Below are positions 11,599-24,052 of a stretch of DNA of 59,945 nt, piece by piece. Each line of letters begins with the position of its first letter. The stretch's first letter is position 1. The stretch lies in the NCBI GenBank assembly GCA_001929475.1, contig LXFE01000239.1:1-59945 (forward strand). Direction: 5' to 3'. Source of the stretch: Neolecta irregularis DAH-3 (taxonomy: Eukaryota). The notes beneath the pieces were generated by a model that was not told the origin of the DNA, ran no database searches, and saw only the letters and a list, made by a program, of their open reading frames with translations. Position numbers and translations under genes: made by a program.

Positions 11599-13074
11599 TT
11601 ACAATGTGGTGCGTTTTGCGCAGAGTTCGTTTGAAAGTTGATCCATGTTTTTCGTAGAAAAGATTCTTGCGGCTCTCATGAATTCTCCGCGGAGTTCATA
11701 GAGGGCTGACTGGGTTACTGTTCTGCCTACGTTGTGGGTTATTTCAAAGGGATCTTCGATGGCGAGGATGTAGCGGTCTTTGATGGTGTTGTCGTACAAG
11801 CCCTGGTGGTGGACCTAGAGTGAGTGGGAGGTAAAATGAAAGGATACGGCGTGAGTCCAGCCTTTGTCGGCTTTGGAGATGACGCCGCTGTGGAGACGGA
11901 TGGCGATGCACTGGTCGCGAAAGTTGAATGTATGGCCAAAGAAGCGGAAGAAGCCTGCGAGGAGTTCTGCGAGGGACTGGGAGTTTTTTGAGATAAAGTG
12001 GAGCGAGGGCCAGTCGCGGTAGAACCAGACATTGTGTCCTGGAGTTAGCGGGGGAGTGTTTCGAGCGTACCGTTGCAGGAAAGAGCGCTTTGGGGGATGG
12101 TAACACCGTCTGGGGGTGGTATTAATTGGAGGTTTGGAAGGAGGGGCGGCTGAGTGCAGTTTAACAAATAGAATAGGATGAGTAGCACAAAGCCGTAGCT
12201 GTTGTCAGTGTGCGAAGGGGGTGATGTGACCTGGAAAGGCCTTTTGAGCGGTAAGTGTCGTTGATGTCGCGGCAGCGGGCCCAGTGTTTGACTGGAGAAT
12301 GAGCGGAGGAGAAGGGAGGCGGTCACCGAAGAGCACCATGGGGCGAACACGGGGATCGAGGCAGGAGTAGGCGTGGAGCAGGTCTGTGTTGTGGAGAGCG
12401 AGTCTGTTTTCAAACAGGCCGAGATCCGCGGGGGGAAGAGGTGGCAGTGACAGGCGGAGAATGGGGATGCGGGTGCGGAGCAGCAGCAGGACACTGAAGC
12501 CGTGGCGGCGGAGTAGAGCAGCGAATTCTGGAGGGTCGATGGATGGATGCGGATGCGGATGTATGGGTGGCAGGGTTTTCGGTAGGCTCGATAGAGGCGA
12601 CACGGCCTTCGAATGAGACAGAGTATTCGAACTGGATAGGGCATCCGAATTGGAAAGAGTATTCGAACTGGATAGGGTATTCGAATTGGATAGAGTATTC
12701 GAACTGGGTAGGGTATTCGAATTAGACAGAGTAGTCGAGTTGGATAGACTATTCGGAGTATGCAAATTCGAGAGAGGAGGCAGAGCACTTTGAGCAACCA
12801 ACTCCGGGCTCCCCTTTGCCTCTCCCTTCCTGCCGGTCTCTGCCACCAGCCTGTCTGCAAAAACACACATATCAATGTCTGAAGAAGCGAGCGCAAGTCC
12901 CGACGCGAGACTGCCAAACAGCAGAATGCGCACCGGCTGCAGCTCCTGCGCTGCCGCCTGCACCTGCGCCCGCATCGCCTCGCCACGCGCAATCTGCTGC
13001 TGCCCCGCTGCGACTGCGACTGCCGCTGCGTCGATGTATGCGCTTGCACTCGCATAGAAACTACTGGGTGCCAT
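11599..13074 (-). CDS. cid1: Cid1-like terminal uridylyltransferase / non-canonical poly(A) polymerase
   Basis: LFGSLASGLALASSDIDMC (GS..DxD), ENRLALHNTDLL..Y..LDPRVRPMVLFVKHWA, and ILAIEDPFEITHNVGRTV, which keeps the His typical of the Cid1 UTP-recognition loop. Confidence 0.82.
12608..12760. repeat. Imperfect 18-bp coding minisatellite, about 8 copies (SNTLS[S/N] on the minus strand)
   Basis: Units like gtattcgaactggatagg and gtattcgaattggataga alternate. Confidence 0.9.
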
Positions 13075-13159
13075 CTCGGGGTGGGGTCACGTGATGGAGT
13101 AGTAGTCCATGCTTTAGTGCATGCTCTGCTTTCCTCTCCCTGTTCCTCTATACGGCTAT

Positions 13160-13340
13160 TCCTCTGCTCTACTCCTACTCCTACTCCGCTATTCTACTCC
13201 TCCTACTCCGCTACTCCTCGTCTACTCCTACTCCGCCACCGCTACTCGTCTCCTCCTACCATCGATACTACACCTTCCTACACAACACCTACCTCCTACC
13301 ACATCGACTACATTCTCTACACACAATACTATACACACCT
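13160..13340. repeat. C/T/A-rich low-complexity tract, (CTACTC)n-like, in the cid1/TFG1 divergent promoter
   Basis: Repeated ctactc/ctcct/ctacac words, very few G. Confidence 0.75.
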
Positions 13341-13424
13341 TGTAGCATTGCCCTTTATCGTATCATCTTGGCTTTGTTCTGCTTACACACCTAGACTATC
13401 CCTTAAATCACGCCCAGATCACCC

Positions 13425-15177
13425 ATGTCTACACTCAAATTAAAGTCTTGCTCTCCCGCAGAACTCGCTTACGCCCGCCACAATCTCCTCAAACTCGCTT
13501 CTCATGCTCCCGTTCCCTTCCCGCACGCCTTTGTTGCTCCTCTCAAACTGCACCGCAGAGACCTTTCCTCCCTCGCCCCTGGCCCAGATCCCTCCCTTCC
13601 CCTCTCTCCCCCTTCTCCCCCCGCTGATCTCACCGCAATCGCCCCCTTTGGCGGTGCTCTGCGCGCAAAACAAAATGCCTTCAAGAAGAAAACCCGCCAG
13701 GTCACCCATGTAGACCCAGAGGAACGCAAATTGCGCCAGGAAGAACGTCTTCCCTGGGTCCTCGAGGACTTTGATGGCTCAAACACCTGGGCCGGCTCCC
13801 TCGAAGGCGCCCACACAGACTGCTACGTCCTCTTTGTCGCTCAGGGCTCAGATCTCCGCGTTGTCCCGGTAAATCGCTCCTACAAGTTCAAACACCGCCC
13901 CAGAGCCAGTCGCGGATCAGCTACCTCCCTTGAAGAAGCAGAAGAAACCGTAATATCCTCTTTCTCCAATGCTGATCCTTTAGTTGAAAAAAATGAAGGA
14001 GCGAAAGGAAGGCGCCCGCTGGTACCAAAAGATCAGAGACCAAGAGGCCGCCATCGCCTCCCAGAGCACTTCTGCCAAACAAGAACACTCTCGCCTACGC
14101 ACAATCCCCCGCTCAAATCCCCACACTCGCGTATGCATTTTTCATATCTCTTCTAACTCTAGCATCGCGAAGCCGGCGATGTCGACGAGCTCGATTTCAC
14201 CCAAGACTTTGCCGATGACGAAGAAACACCAATCTACGAGGGCAACGAAGAGGAGAACAAGGAACTAGAGGTAACCCTTCCCATCTTTTATCCTTAAAAG
14301 TAGGAAAAAATCAAGAGGGAAATGCTCAGTGCAAATGCCCTCGGCGATCCACCGAAAGACGATGATTTAGATGAGTTGTTTCAAGATACAAAAATGACGA
14401 AAGAAGGAAGAAAGCTCCAGAAATCTCTAAGAGCATTGGAGAAGAACCTTGCTTATGATAGCGACGACGAACGCAATCCCTATGCGTCAGAGGTATTTGT
14501 ACTCTGGTTTTCGCTGCCAACCGCAGGACGAAGAGTCCTCAAGCGACAGAGAAAGCGACAAGAAATCGGATATTTCCACAAAAGACGACAAACCTCATCC
14601 AGCTACAAAGACAAACGTCTCCCCAAACATTTCCCCGTCTGACTATTCTCTCTCTGCAAAACCCCTTTCCCATCGCTATCCCCGCTCTTCATCTCGAATC
14701 TCCAAAGTCGTCATCTTCAAACTCCCGCCCTCCAAACTCGAAGAGTTTGCCCAGAGTTTTGCAGGCATGGCAGTCTACCAGTCCCCTCCTCACTCTCGCG
14801 CCGCATCTCCAACACCCCAGAAACGTCCTCACGGACACGTGGAGACAAGCGACATGTCTGATGGCGGAGAAAATAAGAAAATAAAGATCAAATTGTCCAC
14901 TCCCCCGTTACCCTCCGTCGCACCTCCTGTATCCTCACAAAATCTGCATCCAAACGGTGCCCCTCCTAATATATCTAATCTAATACAAGACGCCTGGCTT
15001 ATCACAAAAGACGAACTCGCCGCGGCCATCTCGGAAAAGCGGCTTAATACAAAAGATTTGCTCGCCATGTTTAAACCAAAACTTCGGAGCGATCCTCGTA
15101 ATAAAGCTCGAATCTCTGTCTTGCTTAAGGAAGTCGCTATCCTAGAAGGTGGCTTTCTAATCCCGAGGAGATTATAA
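13425..15177 (+). CDS. TFG1: TFIIF large (alpha) subunit
   Basis: PLKLHRRD, IAPFGGALRAKQNAFKKKTRQV, EERLPWVLEDFDGSNTWAGSLEG, ELDFTQDFADDEE, YDSDDERNPY. Confidence 0.9.
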
Positions 15178-15242
15178 ATATATTTCAATTGTGTATGTGT
15201 ATCCCACGATATTGAAATTTGTACATTTTCTCTATATTTATC

Positions 15243-16460
15243 TTATTCGACATGGGTGTTTTGGTCATCTTTAGTTTCTTGTGCTTCATCCCTCATGATT
15301 AGGTTTACAATTCTATCAACTCTTTCTTTAACAGACTGGTCTATTGAGGATGAATGTAATTCGCGGATAATAGGATAAACTTTACGTTTCCGCAAAATAT
15401 CTCGACCGAACACTGTCGATGTGAGCAACAGCAGACTATCCAGATGCAGTGTAATGATATGATCGTCTTGGTCTCGTTTCTTGTCCGGTGGTAGTAATTG
15501 GCATTCTTCAGGCATCCCGTCGGAGTCCTACAATCGTTAGACTACACGGAATCGTTTCATGCTTGCCTGTTCAGAGAATTCTTCCGGTCCCATTAGCGGG
15601 AGGAGTAAATACGGGAGAATATTTACTACTCTTTCATCTAGTAATATCTCATGTTCGTTTATATCGAAAAGGATATTTCTAATTTGTTAAATTCTTGTGT
15701 CCAGGCGGTATCGTACTTTATACAAGACGCGGTCCCCGTCCGTCTGATTACTCTTGAATGATCCGTAAACACCACAATCTTTGAAATAGGAAAAACGCCA
15801 TCATATTCCTGTTTCCGGCAAAAATATTCTCGTCCCTTTTCAAACCTCGTTAAATCTCCAAATAAATTCCCTAGAAAATCAAACGTGGCGAATGGATTCA
15901 ACGATTTATCATGGCCTTTCACATAACAATCCATCAATTGATCAATAACCCGATTCGAACTCGACATACTTGGTATATTCTCCCAAGTAATTTCCAAAAT
16001 CAATTCAATTTTCTCCGCTTTGGATAAATTGGCTAAAATCATACAAATTAAATCCGTCAATCCAGATTTAACATCCTAACCCATTTTTAAAAAAAGGAAA
16101 TTTTGGTATTGGGAGGTACCGTTATGATTTGAGTGAAGAGGAGGATATATTCTGGTTGTAATAATATTTCTCTGATTTCACAATCACTCGACAAATTAAT
16201 CAAAATACTAGCAGCATCACACGCAATTCGCTAAATAAATCAGAAGAAAAGAAATATCAAGGATGGGTAAACAATACCGGAATATCTCGCAACAAGACCA
16301 AAAGATCTCGAATAGGTCTCTTTTCATTTTTTTTGAAAAGTGGCATCTGGGGATGTGTAGTCTGTGAATACGAAAGTAAATGCCGCAAGGCGATCATTCG
16401 GACCTGGCGATTTTGATCATGTAGGAAATCTATCAATTCTGAAATTTCTTTGGCCGACAT
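15243..16460 (-). CDS. HGH1: Hgh1 (eEF2 chaperone, ARM repeats)
   Basis: ELIDFLHD..RQVRMIAL, MILANLSK, DQLMDCYVKG, RRTGTASCIKNILF, QLLPPDKKRD, LRKRKVYPIIRELH. Confidence 0.9.
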
Positions 16461-17118
16461 TTTATGTGATTGATCAAGAGGTGCGATAGACTAACCGGGC
16501 ACGCGCCTGTAAAATCGGACGATTTTTTTTTAATTTCGAGCGATCTAGGTTATGGTTATCCAGCAGATCAAATCTTTTTGTCGGGATAATAGAAAATGGG
16601 AAATTTAGTTCTTGTAGAGGTGCGAGCTGACCTGTGTAAAGATCAAGAAATTGAAATTTGGTTGATTTTATAAGTGGCTCCGGAGCGGCGGAGCCCCATA
16701 TTTATATGTCAAACAGTTTGAAATATAGAGCAAAGCAAATGAAAAGAGAGGTATATCGGAAAGAAGGCAAAGTGTCGGCACGCTACTCATTGTTTGCCAC
16801 TTTGACGAAGCAATCGTTGCAATTTCGTTCGTGTCCCATTTTATCCAGCAAGTAGGGTATCACAAGGTACTCAAGCCTGGGGTATTATGGTTTTGAGGAG
16901 GTTGCGTAATAACCTTAACCCGCAAACAATGATATTTCGGTGGTTTCCAAAGTTATCTAAACTATTATATATAATATACTGCTTATTCCTGGCAAATAAG
17001 GTGAAAAGTATCAAGGAGGAGAGCTATTTGCAAAGGGCCGGAATGTGTTGTACTATTGGTGTATTGTGTATTACTCTTTGCTCGACGACGCTACGACACA
17101 CCTCCCATCGTCTCGTCC

Positions 17119-18761
17119 CTACAAAGGCAATTCAAAAGACACATTGACGTCTTGCTCTCGAGCCATTTTAAGCAGATTGCTAAATTTGCATACTTTAGAA
17201 GCCGCTTCATCGAGATCTAAAAGTCAATATGCAATTATCAGACTTGGGGAGAAAAACCGTTGAAGGAAAAGATTCGTAGACCGGAATCGTTTAACAGTTT
17301 TTGGGCTTCCTCTTGCATGTTTCCTTGTAAACGGACGACTACAGGGACATGTAAATTCATTTCGCCGACCACCGATACGAGACCTTTGGCTATATTATCA
17401 CACCGAACGATACCACCTGTGTTTTTGGTAAGACGATATATTTTAGGTTGGGTATACCAAAGATGTTGACAAAGATTGCGGTTACTTTGGGATCCGAGGT
17501 GATTAACTTGAACGCTTCCTTGATGGCATTGGCGGTTGCTGAACCCCCGCAATCTTTCAAGTCAGATGTATGCATATATGAATCGAGTTACCCAAGAAAT
17601 TAGCTGGCTCGCCACCATTTAATTTGATGATGTCCATTGTAGCCATAGCGAGACCAGCGCCATTGACTAGGTTGTTAGTATGTAAATTTTCTAATCCAGA
17701 GGGGTGGGGTATTACCCAAGCAACCAATTGTTCCGTCTAATTTAATGAAATTCAACCCAAATTCAGCAGCTTTGACTTCCTCGGGATCTTCCTGACTTTT
17801 ATCCCTTAAATCGAAAATCTCCTTTTGCCGATATTCAGCATTATCGTCAAACCCAAATTTTGCATCCATGGCCAACACTTGATGATCGGAAGACTCGGCC
17901 AGAGGGTTGATTTCAATCTGTGTAGCATCTTTCTCTATAAATATCTGGTATAGCTTCTTTATAGTCTCAGAAGCTTCGTTGATACATTGTGGGGAAAATC
18001 CAAGTTTTTCAGCAAGGTCGTTTGCGATTTCATTGGTAACGCCAACTTTGATATCAATTGGGACTCGAATAATAGCTTCAGGAGTTTCCTTTGCGACCAT
18101 TTCGATATCCACACCACCTTGCGAAGATGCAACGATCACTGGACCCTGGGAAACTCGATCCATAAGAATGGCCAGGTAAAATTCACGCCGGACGAATTTT
18201 CGCTCACAGATATAGACTGCGTTACATTGTTTTCCCCCTGGTCCGGTTTGTTTTGTGATTAGATTGTGTCCGAGCATTTGTTCGGCAAACATCTTGGCTT
18301 CGGTAGCTCTGGGAGAGATAAGCTTCGAGTTTGAATACTGTTGATTGTTACGAATAAATGGTCCGCACTCCACCCTTTAAACCATTGTCAAATGTACCTT
18401 TTCCACGTCCTCCTGCAAGTATTTGAGCTTTGATGACCATATCGTCAATGCCTGATTGATTATCAGCAAACGATTAGAGCACAAAAGACTGACCAAGGTC
18501 TTTGGCAACTTGTTCCGCTTCTTCAGCGGTTCTCGCTACGGCACCTTTGGGAACTCCAACACCGTACTAAAATACTTAACAGGATCATTGAACCAGTTCA
18601 TACTATTTTGAGAAGATCTGCAGAAAGATATTCATGTATTGAAAGATGCCGTTTTTGTTGGCTTTGCTAGGGCTTGTTACAATTGGATAAGTGCGATTAA
18701 GACTCACTCGTATCAGCCGCAAGGGCGTTTGTAAACTTGCGGCTCTTGCTACTTTGAACAT
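17119..18761 (-). CDS. LSC2: Succinyl-CoA ligase beta subunit, mitochondrial
   Basis: [58 protein letters not shown]-terminus VSFELPL*. Confidence 0.95.
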
Positions 18762-18842
18762 TATCAACAGGTTGGTCGGGGTGAAAGAGAAACAAGGTCA
18801 AACTTGTTTCTGGGACTCGCCGACACAAATCAAAGACCATCC

Positions 18843-19416
18843 ATGGCTGAAAACACTTCGCCTTCAGATAGAAATAGGAAAAAGGCTCTCAAACAATCGA
18901 TTGCGAATGCAGCTGCTGTTCAGGCTCAGATTCAAGAATCACTACAACAAGTCCGGCAGTTGACCGCCTCTTGGCTTCCAGAATCGCCAAAAAATCAAAA
19001 TACACGACCTCTTAACCATCAACACTCTGAAGAGAAACCCCGCCCGCCTGGGTATTTTACCATTGCAAGAAATTCAGTCTGGTTGACGTGACAGTATTGG
19101 ATTAGGTTATGAAAATGGTCAAAACTATTTTCCCTCAGACACAACTGCAAACCCAGCCCTGAAACGCAAGATCAGTGCTATCAAAGATCGACAACGTAAC
19201 GAAAGCAAAGAAAAAACAAGAACAATTCCCTTGAACCAGAATCTAAGCGAAAGCGAGGAAGAAAGTCGCACGACAATATACAAAAAGTCAGCTATCAACG
19301 ACGCAACGGCGATCGTTAAGCGTTCGACATCCTATCTTGATAAACTCATGGAAGAGAAATCTCTGAAGAAAAAACGCAAACAGATTCGAAAGAAAGACAC
19401 AGAAAGCATACAATAA
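18843..19416 (+). CDS. Small basic fungal protein, DUF3245-like
   Basis: QLTASWLP and spliced PRPPG|IGLG motif, K-rich C-terminus; one intron at about 19053-19095. Confidence 0.5.
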
Positions 19417-19486
19417 AAGTCATCCGCAATTTTATGGACCTGTACACGAGCTTTGAAGTAATATATAAAAAAGAAAATATTTTGAA

Positions 19487-22400
19487 CTAATCACTCTCCG
19501 ACTCCTCAGCTGCATATTCTTCCTGGTACGAAAGTTTTGATTTAGGGAAACGAGCAGAACTCTCAGGAGAAGCAGATTCGCTTGCATTTGCGCTCAACGC
19601 AACAGGAGCTACAAACCCACCTGGCGCAAGTTCATCCAATTTTTGTTTGAGGAGTGCCTACGCATAAGCAACACGATGTATGGAACCCAAACCTCGAGAG
19701 CATTGGCATCATTGTACACAAAAGAGCCTTCTTCGTTATAAGTACGCGCGTTATTAAACATCAAATCAAAGTCTTGTCGAAACAGTTGTACATCCTTGTA
19801 GAAACCACTCTTGGCACGTTTCTTGATCTTATCCATAGCAATAGGTTCTCTGATAAAGTCGTAGTAATCTGCATAATGAGTTTTCGATGGCAATTTCTTG
19901 AAGAGATCTGAGCGATTGTGACCATCCCCGGGATCGATGCTGCTCTCCAAAACCTGAATGCAATTCTCGCAAAGAGAAATCATAGCAGCCTTCAATTTGG
20001 GATCGATGGCCGGTTGCCGACCACGTCTCTACAAAAGTAAGCTTCAAGTATCTGATATAAAATATGCCTTTACAGCGCTATCTCCTGTTCGTGCGCGCTT
20101 TCTCGTCGATTCGGTATTATCAATTGAGCCGCCTCTACTTGACCTGTCTCTTTTCTTGCGTCCGGAGATCTCGGACGCGTCAGGGCTCTCAGGCGAGTCT
20201 ATTGTCGCGGATGGAGACATGCCGTTGTGCTTGCGAGCAATTTTATTATCTGCACGTTTCTGTAATTTCTTGTGTTTCTCAGCCACGGCTCCTTCCAGAT
20301 CTTCATTATCAATGGCCTAACAGTCAGCAAACGACAGAGTGTTCTATATACATCGAGCCATTGTTCTTCAGTGAGTCCGTCATCATACTTGACTTGAGCG
20401 CGTTCACGAGCACCTCTACCAGCTGCAAATTCGATTTCATCAAATTGAATATGTTCCTCGTTCCGGTACAGGGCAGGGACTTCGTGGTCCATAAAAATTC
20501 TATCCAAGGCTTTCCCCTTGCCATATGGGCTTTCGCGTTCTCGCTGGATATCCATTTGCCGGAAAATATTCAGTTCATTCTCATTCCGAGATAAGATTTC
20601 GTTTAAATCCTCCTCATCGTACTCCTCGTCTTCATTTTCCTCGACATCGTTTTCTTGCTCAAGGAGTGACCGCAAAAACTCTTCTCGTTCTTCCGCAGTG
20701 GATTTATTGTCGAATTTTCCGGCTTGAATGACCTTACCGTCCAGGTCCAGTTTAAATTGTGCTCGTGCAAGAATATGCTCTTCGACAGACTTGGTAGTGA
20801 TCAACCGTAATATACGAACTTCTTTCGTCTGACCTATACGATGTGCGCGATCTTGGGCTTGAAGATCTTGATGAGGATTCTGAGAAGTTAGAGATCCGCT
20901 TACAGTAACAACTTACCCAATCAGAGTCGAAAATTATAACTGTATCGGCAGTTTGGAGATTCAAACCCAACCCTCCAGCTCGGGTGCTGAGCAAGAAAAT
21001 GAAGTATGGTGAATTTGGAGCATTGAAAACTTTTAGCATCTCCGACCGGTCGTCAGCTTTCGTAGAGCCATCTAGACGAAGATATGTATAGCCTCGATAA
21101 AGAAGAAAGTCTTCCATAATATGCATAATTTGGGTCATCTGAAAAAACATCAGGATCTATATAATAAGTTGATGGAAGAAAGAAGCGGGATATACGCGAT
21201 GACCAGTGACTTTAAATTTGGGTAGAATACGATCCAACAACTCAAATTTACCCGATACGCGCCAGAGCTTATCGTTATTCTGTTTCTCAGGATTGACAGT
21301 TTGTTCGACTTCCTCAAAAACAAACGGATGATTACAGACTTTCCGCAGCTGCATGATGGTGTTCTTGAGACCTTTGATGCCACTCTTCCCATGGCCACCC
21401 TCAACGAGGAGCATTTTACTGTTCTTCAGATGACCATACAAACGACTTTGTAATGCGGAAAACTTGCATTTGATAATTTTCTCCACTTTGTCGGGTAATT
21501 CAGATTCTACATCTTTCTTCAATCGTCGCAACAAGAAAGGTCGCAAAACCTTATGCAAACGCCTAATGACTAGCAAAGCTTCTTCTTCACTCAATTCCAT
21601 CTTATCTTGACCACCAGTATTCGCAAAAGGTGCATTGAACCATTCGTCAAAGCTCTTCACAGAGTTAAAGATTTTCGGAAGGACAAAGTTTAGAAGCGCC
21701 CACAATTCAGGAAGATTATTTTGAAGTGGAGTTCCGGTTAATATGAGCCTATAGCGCGTGGAATAGTAAGTGCAAAGCGTGCTCGTAAGTTTGGATTGCG
21801 TGTTCTTCATTCGATGACCTTCGTCTATGATCATATGGATCCATTTTATTTTAGAGAGGACAGGTCGGTCTTTGATGATATATTCATACGTAGTAAGCAG
21901 GACTTGGAAGTCATTTTTCCGCATATGTTGTTGCTGGATAGACCGGCGCGCCAATGGCGGACCTTTGTAGACAACTTTCCTCACAGCGGGAGCCCATTTC
22001 TCAAATTCAAGCTGCCAGTTTGTCATGGTACTGGAATGTAAGCATGTGTTTTACGGTTTGAAAACATACGACAACGGAACAATAACCAGAAAGGGTCCTG
22101 GTTGGCGTTTTTTCTCGATGAGAAATGCGATCAACGATATTGTTTGGATAGTTTTTCCAAGACCCATTTCATCTGCAAGAATACCATTAAGGTGATTGTT
22201 ATACAGCGAGACCATCCACTGCAATCCTTTGACTTGGTAATCCTTCAGTGTTCCGCCGACTAGCATTGCAGGCTGTTCGGTTACCTGTTCTTGAATCTTA
22301 TGCGCAACGTTGTAGTAATCAAGACTTTCATCTTCGCCAGCATCAGCTTCTTGGTCGCCCTCTTTTTCTTTCTTTTTGGGTATAGGGGCAACAGTTTCCA

Positions 22401-23846
22401 TTTCCTTTTGTTGAGCACGGACAGCCTGTGCAAGAGAGTCAAGGTAATGGTTGGTTTGTCCCAGAAGATGTGTAATACGGGTGTCTTTGGTTTGATCGAG
22501 AAGTTTCATATATGCCTCTTCATCATCAGCCTTGAGAGCTTGAAGACGTTGTTTTGCTGTTCGTTCCATTCTTCGCTGTTCTTCTTTTTCGATATACGAG
22601 TGATAACTAAGAACGGCTCGACCAATCTTCTGCTGCTTCGCCTGCACACCTTTACATCTTGCAATCATCTGCGTTCCGTGTTCACAGATCCTGTTCAAAC
22701 GATCTATTTCTTTTTGCTTCTCCCGGTGTTCACGCTCCATGCGTTGGCGGCGCTCAAGATCTTCAGTCAATCGAGCATCTTCTATTGTTGCCTTTTTCAT
22801 TCTTCGAAAAGCCGCACGATGAGCGGATGTTATGAGGCTATGGAACTGCGACATTGAACGGACCATATCCTGCCTCAAGGCACGTTGTCTTTTGAGCAAT
22901 CGTAGTGATTTTAATTCGATCAAGGCCTTCACTTTCAGATTGTTTTCTTCTTCGCCGTTGCCTTCATAGTCGTATTCCTGAATGTTTCCTGGGAGTCTTT
23001 CGAGCTCCGAAATGCGGTAGACGATGCGATTGTTCAGAGCTTTTTCGCGTTCTTCTAATGCGTTGGCAGGATTGAGGCCCTCGGGCATGATGCATGGAAC
23101 AATCACCCGGTTTTGTCGAATAGAATGCTCAAGATATCCTATTGGTCGCTTAATATCGTGGAACGGGGATGCCAAAAGCTCGTAATGAACCGGCTTGGTC
23201 GAAAACTCTTCGGCCTCAGCGGACGATTGATGACCCTCTTTGATATCGTCCAAAGTCCTTTCAATGACAGTAGATTTCGATTCAAGAAAAGGTGATTTAG
23301 GCATACTAGACGACCCTACGGCCAAAGCTTGTTGCATCGATTGCGGTAAAGGCATATTCTTAGATATATATTTAAAGGCAGAGATTTGTGTTCTAAGCAT
23401 ATTGAGCTGCTCCGTGGTGAAGGAAGAAGATAACGAAGGCATTTGAGCAGGTTGTTGGCCTTGGTTCAGTCTCATCTGTACTGGTTGCTGTTGTGGTTGA
23501 TTGAATTGGGCACCAATATTGCCTGGCATTATTTCATGATAGAAGACAGAAACTCATACCGTTCTGGGGGTTTTGCAATAAATGTTGCGGCATATTGCCG
23601 GCGGTATGTTGTTTGAGCATTTGTGATTGTTGCATTTGTTTGAACATAGCAGCTAGCTGCAAAGCCTCCTGTTGATGTGCATGATTTGGGGAACGTTTCA
23701 GTTCTTGGAATCTCTGTTTATCAAGAAGTCAGGCTGAGACACCTTAAAGCCGCGGAAAAATATACTTGGAAAAGTTGAGCATACTGCTCTTTTGTCATGG
23801 CGCTATTAAAGGGCGCAGACGGACGAGCAGCACTAACGGCATCCAT
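19487..23846 (-). CDS. snf21: SNF2-family chromatin remodelling ATPase (Snf21/Sth1/Snf2 type; QLQ, HSA, helicase, SnAC, bromodomain)
   Basis: [57 protein letters not shown], bromodomain [14 protein letters not shown]. The Sth1 versus Snf2 subfamily assignment is uncertain. Confidence 0.9.
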
Positions 23847-24052
23847 GAGTACTGTCGTTGCGTATAAACAGTGCTGGTGATTGGGGCAACCGTGGGGAAG
23901 GTGTCGTGTGAAGTCGGGTAAAGCGCGTTTCTTGCGACCGAAGTGGTGATTTCTTCTCAGGAGGTTGAGGCGGGTTTGGTGTTGAGTTTCGAGTCAAACC
24001 AGATCAATTCCGCTCAGCTTCATATCTATTGACTAAACCACTATCTATATAT

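Noticed and set aside
12608-12760. CRISPR-like array
   Set aside because: Contiguous 18-bp units without unique spacers, inside a eukaryotic CDS; no cas genes.
16908-16921. TAACCTTAACCC as a telomerase RNA template
   Set aside because: Telomere repeat unknown, the gap is short for a fungal TER and no other TER element was recognised; kept only as a generic ncRNA candidate.
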